In this document: positions 63,810 through 64,000 of the stretch, in pieces
Layout of the letters: every line of letters begins with the position of its first letter
Numbering within the stretch: the stretch's first letter is position 1
Assembly (NCBI GenBank): GCA_051362555.1
Contig: CM120640.1
Location: 42,262,788-42,326,787 of the forward strand
From: Lingula anatina
Taxonomy: Eukaryota; Animalia; Brachiopoda
DNA: 64,000 bases
Direction of reading: 5' to 3'
Program-made: the position numbers and the translations under genes
Notes under the pieces: generated by a model
Database searches by the model: none
Seen by the model: the letters and a program-made list of their open reading frames with translations, nothing else
What the model was told of the DNA's origin: nothing

Positions 63810-64000
63810 CTTGAAAGTTGGAGTCTCTCTTGTTTAGAAAATATTTCAAAAATTAGGGACGCTGGAACTGTTATTTCACAATCCTGTCATTAGCGTGCTT
63901 TGTTGTCAAACTCTCCTCTTCCTTACGCTGACCTGATGTAGTTATCCCGCAGCAAGCAATTGGGTAATATTGTGATTGGTATTCGTATTATGTGCTATTT

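Overview
AT-rich, intron-containing animal genomic DNA. It is probably from an invertebrate, and the repeat types suggest a mollusc or other lophotrochozoan (inference). The left ~43.5 kb is a duplicated and rearranged cluster of three paralogous secreted-protein genes that the ORF track hides because they are split into small exons. The shared layout is signal peptide, Cys domain 1 (10 Cys), an acidic (ESTTT-DSTTT)n mucin-like rod, then Cys domain 2 (8 Cys). Both Cys domains carry a C..CxxxC..GCC..CxC..C pattern like CS-alpha-beta/defensin or WSC folds. Gene A (-, 8103-12235, 455 aa) and gene B (+, 22344-28330, 236 aa) are intact 7-exon genes. The third locus (-, 34798-41084) is a chimera: it lost exons 2-4 after exon 1, expanded the rod exon to 704 codons, and carries a B-like exon 2-6 cassette downstream in a compatible splice phase. 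The cluster contains nested non-autonomous DNA transposons, a decayed DIRS/Ngaro retroelement and a LINE RT fragment. The right ~20 kb is a complete endophilin-A gene (-, 45960-63809, 357 aa) with a duplicated, mutually exclusive exon pair and candidate microexons. All gene models were built by hand from splice signals, reading-frame phase and paralog comparison; no database search was run.
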